Assembly: GCA_963692865.2 (NCBI GenBank)
Contig: OY843592.1
Location: forward strand, 736,001 to 800,000
Source of the DNA: a bacterium
GTDB taxonomy: Bacteria > UBA8248
DNA: 64,000 nucleotides
Reading direction: 5' to 3'
The position numbers and the translations under genes were made by a program. Positions 60,062 through 64,000 of this stretch are shown here, one piece after another; within the stretch, counting starts at the first letter, position 1, and each line of letters begins with the position of its first letter. The notes below the pieces were generated by a model, which was not told the origin of the DNA, searched no databases, and saw nothing but the letters and a program-made list of their open reading frames with translations.

Positions 60062-61591
60062 TTAGTTCATGCCGAGCACTTCGATCTCCCAGGGGAGAAG
60101 CGTCTCGTCGTGGCGCGGGGTCCACCTGAGGTTCGCCCGGTGGCCGAGCACGTCGTGGATCTTCACGACGATTTTGTGCGTTGCCAACGCTTTCATCTTG
60201 TCGGTCACGGCCTCGAACGCCATCTGCTGTTCTTTTTCGTCAACGGTGGCGTTGGCCTTGTCGATCATCGCATCCAGTTCCTTGAAGCACATGCCGCTCC
60301 AGGCGCCTTTGCAGCTCGACGTTCCGCGAAGCACGCCGGAGGAATCACCCCCGCCGTTGCCGAAGCCCATGTAATAGGCGGCGGCGCCCTTCTTTTTGCC
60401 CGCCTTGTAGGCGCGGTGCAGCTTCTTGAAGAGCGGGAAGCGCTGGGAGTTGCACGTGGCGTTCACGCCGACTTTCTTGACCATGCCGGCGATGGCCTCA
60501 CACGTGGGCTTGTCGCCCGGGTAGCGGCCGTTCGTGGCGACGAGTTCCATCTTGAAGCCCTTTTCGTAGCCAGCTTCCTTCAAGAGGGCCTTCGCCTTGG
60601 CCGGGTCGTAGCCGTACCATTTTTTCTTCGGGTTGTAGCCCGAGTAGTTCCAGGGGTGGAGCATCTGGCCGAAGAGGTCGGCGCGCCCGCCCAGGATGGT
60701 TGTGCGAATGGCTTCTGCGTCGATGGCGTAGTTGATCGCCTGGCGCACCTTCACGTTGGCCATCGGACCGCCATGTCTCGTGAAGAAGCCCATGTGCATG
60801 ATGCGCACGGCCGGGACGACGGCGACTTTCGTCTTCGGGTTTTTCTCGAGCTGGGGGATGAACTGCGGCATGATGCCCCAGGCCACGTCGATCTCGCCCG
60901 CCTGAAGCGCCTTGGCGCGCGTGGCGCTCTCGCGGATGCGGCGGAGGACGATGCGCTGCGGACGTTTCGGGAAGTTCTTGTTGTTCCACCAGTTCGGGTT
61001 CGCGTCGAACACCATCTTCTGGCCCTTGGTCCAGGACTTGAGGACATAGGGTCCCGTGCCGTAGGTGTTGCGCGAGATATGGGCGAGTTCCATGCCCTTG
61101 GTCTTCAGGCTGATGGAGCCGGCCCAGCGGGTCAGACGGTTCCACATGCCGCTGTCGGGCTGTTTGTTATGGTAGATGAAGGTGTTGTCGTCGAGAATTT
61201 CGATTTTATCGAAGTTCTTGAAGTAGGTTCTCTGGCGAGCGGATTTCAAGACACGGGTCATCGTGTACTTGAAGTTTTCCGCCGTCAGGCGCGTGCCGTC
61301 CGAGAACTTGACGCCCTTTCTCAGATGGAACTTCGCGCTCTTTGGGGATACCTTCACCCACTTCGTGGCGAGCCAGGGCTTTTTCGCGCCCGTTCCGGTC
61401 TCGGCGTGAATCAGGGTGTCGTAGCTCCAACGCCAGACCATCGCGCCGATGAAGTTCGAGACTCGGTGCGGGTCCATCGTCGGGGGTTCGCCCGTCAGGG
61501 CGATGGTGACGGTGCTTTTCGCGTCAGCCGTCACGGGCGCGCCCATCGCCAGTATGGCGAAGACGGCCAGGATTACGAGAAACTTCCGCAT
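60062..61591 (-). CDS. Family 5 ABC substrate-binding protein, copy 1 (509 aa)
   Basis: Signal peptide, LRKGVKFSDG, GTGPY, VRQAINYAID, YDPAKAKALLKEAG. Confidence 0.92.
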   Translation of the reverse strand: MRKFLVILAVFAILAMGAPVTADAKSTVTIALTGEPPTMDPHRVSNFIGAMVWRWSYDTLIHAETGTGAKKPWLATKWVKVSPKSAKFHLRKGVKFSDGTRLTAENFKYTMTRVLKSARQRTYFKNFDKIEILDDNTFIYHNKQPDSGMWNRLTRWAGSISLKTKGMELAHISRNTYGTGPYVLKSWTKGQKMVFDANPNWWNNKNFPKRPQRIVLRRIRESATRAKALQAGEIDVAWGIMPQFIPQLEKNPKTKVAVVPAVRIMHMGFFTRHGGPMANVKVRQAINYAIDAEAIRTTILGGRADLFGQMLHPWNYSGYNPKKKWYGYDPAKAKALLKEAGYEKGFKMELVATNGRYPGDKPTCEAIAGMVKKVGVNATCNSQRFPLFKKLHRAYKAGKKKGAAAYYMGFGNGGGDSSGVLRGTSSCKGAWSGMCFKELDAMIDKANATVDEKEQQMAFEAVTDKMKALATHKIVVKIHDVLGHRANLRWTPRHDETLLPWEIEVLGMN

Positions 61592-61888
61592 GATTCTTCC
61601 TCCTGAAAAAGAAATGTGCCGTTCCAAAATGTTACTGTTTCGAAGATGGGCTATCCATCTTCTTTCATCAATCACCGAAACTGCTGGCGATGTTCTATTC
61701 TCTATAGATGTATATCTGAATTTATCATGGATACGAATCAAGCGTCAAAGCAGGAAAACGACCTGTCGCCGCCTGGATTCCTGATGGACGTGGGGTGCTT
61801 AAGTTGTGCAGGCCGGGGCATCGTATGGATGTTCCCCGCGTCGCGAAATGTATGAATGCGTCCGACGTTTCAACGAGGATCAGGCTTC

Positions 61889-61967
61889 ATGGTGGAGAGT
61901 AGAACCGGTTCGTGGTTTTGGTATTTTCGGCGAGCACTATCTTTGGCCGCAGTGGATGAGCGGACAG
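61889..61967 (+). pseudogene. Decayed 5' fragment of the gene starting at 63887
   Basis: Reads MVESRTGSWFWYF, frameshift, then EHYLWPQWMSGQ, versus MAAENIIGSWFRYFPEHYLWSQLMSGQ at 63887. Confidence 0.8.
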
Positions 61968-62024
61968 AAAGATGCCGAATTTCATATTTGAACCTCAGAA
62001 AAAAAGTGATGTTCGTGAAGGTGT

Positions 62025-62061
62025 AAAAAAACCGCGGGGGGCGTCGTGCCGCCCCCCGCGG
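62025..62061 (-). terminator. Rho-independent terminator of SBP copy 2
   Basis: Duplicate of the 60003-60039 hairpin plus T7. Confidence 0.75.
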
Positions 62062-62085
62062 CGTGGTGCAGCGAAAAACACCCGC

Positions 62086-63615
62086 TTAGTTCATGCCGAG
62101 CACTTCGATCTCCCAGGGGAGAAGCGTCTCATCGTGGCGCGGGGTCCATTTCAGATTCGAGCCATGGCCGAGCACGTCGTGGATCTTTACGACGATCTTG
62201 TGCGTGACCAGATTTTTCATCAAGTCGGTTACGCCCTCGAAAGCCATCTGCTGTTTTTTCGGATCGACGGTGGCCGTGGCCGCGTCGATGGCCTTGTCCA
62301 GCTCCGGGAAGCACATGCCGCTCCAGGGGCCTTTGCAGCTCGACGTTCCGCGAAGCACGGAGGTGGAGTCGCCCTGGCCGTTGCCGAAGCCCATGTAGTA
62401 GGCGGCGGCGCCTTTTTTCTTGCCGGCCTTGTAGGCGCGGTGCAGCTTCTTGAAGAGCGGGAAGCGCTGGGAGTTGCACGTTGCGTCCACGCCGACTTTC
62501 TTGACCATGCCTGCGATGGCCTCACACGTGGCCTTGTCGCCCGGGTAGCGGCCGTTCGTGGCGATGAGTTCCATCTTGAAGCCCTTCTCGTGGCCGGCTT
62601 CCTTCAAGAGGGCCTTCGCCTTGGCCGGGTCGTAGCCGTACCATTTCTTTTTGGGGTTGTAGCCCGAGTAGTTCCAGGGGTGGAGCATCTGGCCGAACAG
62701 GTCCGCGCGTCCGCCCAGGATGGTCGTGCGAATCGCTTCCGCGTCGATGGCGTAGTTGATTGCCTTGCGCACCTTCACGTTGGCCATCGGGCCGCCGTGT
62801 CTCGTGAAGAAGCCCATGTGCATGATGCGCACGGCGGGGACGACGGCGACTTTCGTCTTCGGGTTTTTCTCGAGCTGGGGGATGAACTGCGGCATGATGC
62901 CCCAGGCCACGCCGATTTCGCCCGCCTGAAGCGCCTTGGCGCGCGTGGCGCTCTCGCGGATGCGGCGGAGGACGACGCGCTGCGGCCGCTTCGGGAAGTT
63001 CTTGTTGTTCCACCAGTTCGGGTTCGCCTCGAACACCATCTTCTGGCCCTTGGTCCAGGACTTGAGGACGTAGGGACCCGTGCCGTAAGTGTTGCGCGAG
63101 ATGTGTGCGAGTTCCATGCCCTTGGTCTTCAGGCTGATGGGGCCGGCCCAGCGGGTCAGGCGGTTCCACATGCCGCCGTCGGGTTCTCTGTTGTGATAGA
63201 TGAAGGTGTGATCGTCGATGACTTCGATTTTATCGATGTTCTTGAAGTACTGTCTCTGCCGCGCGGACTTCATGATGCGGCTGATGGTGTACTTGAAGCT
63301 CTCCGCCGTGAAGGGTGAGCCGTCGGAGAATTTCACGCCCTTTCTCAGCTGGAACTTCCACTTCAGGGGAGTGAGTTGGGTCCACTTCGTGGCGAGCCAG
63401 GGCTTTTTCGCGCCCGTTCCGGTCTCGGCGTGAAGAAGGGTGTCGTAGCTCCAACGCCAGACCATGGCGCCGACGAAGTTCGAGACGCGGTGCGGGTCCA
63501 TCGTCGGGGGTTCGCCAGAGAGGGCGATGGTGACGGTGCTCTTCGCATGAGCCGTCAGGGGCGCGCCCATCGCCAGTATGGCGAAGACGGCCAGGATTAC
63601 GAAAAACTTCCGCAT
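62086..63615 (-). CDS. Family 5 ABC substrate-binding protein, copy 2 (509 aa)
   Basis: Highly similar paralog of 60062-61591, offset 2024 bp at both start and stop. Confidence 0.92.
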   Translation of the reverse strand: MRKFFVILAVFAILAMGAPLTAHAKSTVTIALSGEPPTMDPHRVSNFVGAMVWRWSYDTLLHAETGTGAKKPWLATKWTQLTPLKWKFQLRKGVKFSDGSPFTAESFKYTISRIMKSARQRQYFKNIDKIEVIDDHTFIYHNREPDGGMWNRLTRWAGPISLKTKGMELAHISRNTYGTGPYVLKSWTKGQKMVFEANPNWWNNKNFPKRPQRVVLRRIRESATRAKALQAGEIGVAWGIMPQFIPQLEKNPKTKVAVVPAVRIMHMGFFTRHGGPMANVKVRKAINYAIDAEAIRTTILGGRADLFGQMLHPWNYSGYNPKKKWYGYDPAKAKALLKEAGHEKGFKMELIATNGRYPGDKATCEAIAGMVKKVGVDATCNSQRFPLFKKLHRAYKAGKKKGAAAYYMGFGNGQGDSTSVLRGTSSCKGPWSGMCFPELDKAIDAATATVDPKKQQMAFEGVTDLMKNLVTHKIVVKIHDVLGHGSNLKWTPRHDETLLPWEIEVLGMN

Positions 63616-63886
63616 GGGATTTCCTCCTTTAGGGAATAGAACAGGTTTCAAAAACCTACTCCGGTGAAGATGAAAATCACCTTCTCAATCACTGAAAACT
63701 TTTATGGTATTCCGATTTTATGCCCTTATATGGCGGAATTTATCATGGTTGCGAATACAGCGTCAAAGCTTGGGGCGGGTGATCCGCCATGAAGTTTCCT
63801 TGTGAACGCGAGGGCGTTGCGTGTATGTTCCCCGCATCGCGAAATGAATGAATTTGTTAAATGGTTTAATTGAGGGGAGGCTTTTC

Positions 63887-64000
63887 ATGGCGGCTGAGAA
63901 CATCATCGGCTCGTGGTTCAGGTATTTTCCCGAGCACTACCTGTGGTCGCAGTTGATGAGCGGGCAGATCAACATCGCCCCGATGGGGGGATCGAACTTC
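63887..64000 (+). CDS. 5' end of a gene truncated by window edge (possibly alpha/beta hydrolase)
   Basis: GGGGAGG RBS; MAAENIIGSWFRYFPEHYLWSQLMSGQINIAPMGGSNF. Family guess rests on the short N-terminus only. Confidence 0.55.
   Translation, partial: MAAENIIGSWFRYFPEHYLWSQLMSGQINIAPMGGSNF

Overview
High-GC bacterial chromosomal window. The split atp operon and the FN3-rich autotransporter loosely suggest a Nitrospinota/Tectomicrobia-like or deltaproteobacterial, possibly host-associated organism, but this cannot be settled from the sequence alone. Core content: a complete isc operon (iscR-S-U-A-hscB-hscA-fdx-iscX), housekeeping and catabolic genes (rsmI, PPIase, engB, endonuclease IV, trxB, a lone nuoI-like gene, pncB, a DHH phosphoesterase, CoA transferases, crotonases, LLM oxidoreductases), several ABC-transporter genes, a 2-kb tandem duplication of a solute-binding-protein gene, a roughly 2000-aa FN3 autotransporter, and atpF'FHAGDC. 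Accessory content: an SmaI-like type II R-M pair, an AAA-ATPase plus partner pair, an uncharacterised ORF pair, and a dense family of composite palindromic/MITE-like repeats. Most notable is a two-gene locus at 22973-23514 that the ORF track misses because of three in-frame UGA codons. It reads as a UxxC glutaredoxin translationally coupled to a 99-aa tandem zinc-ribbon-like protein with two CxxU knuckles. Each UGA is followed by a SECIS-like hairpin, and trxB lies about 1.1 kb downstream. This is a candidate previously undescribed selenoprotein redox or metal-binding system.
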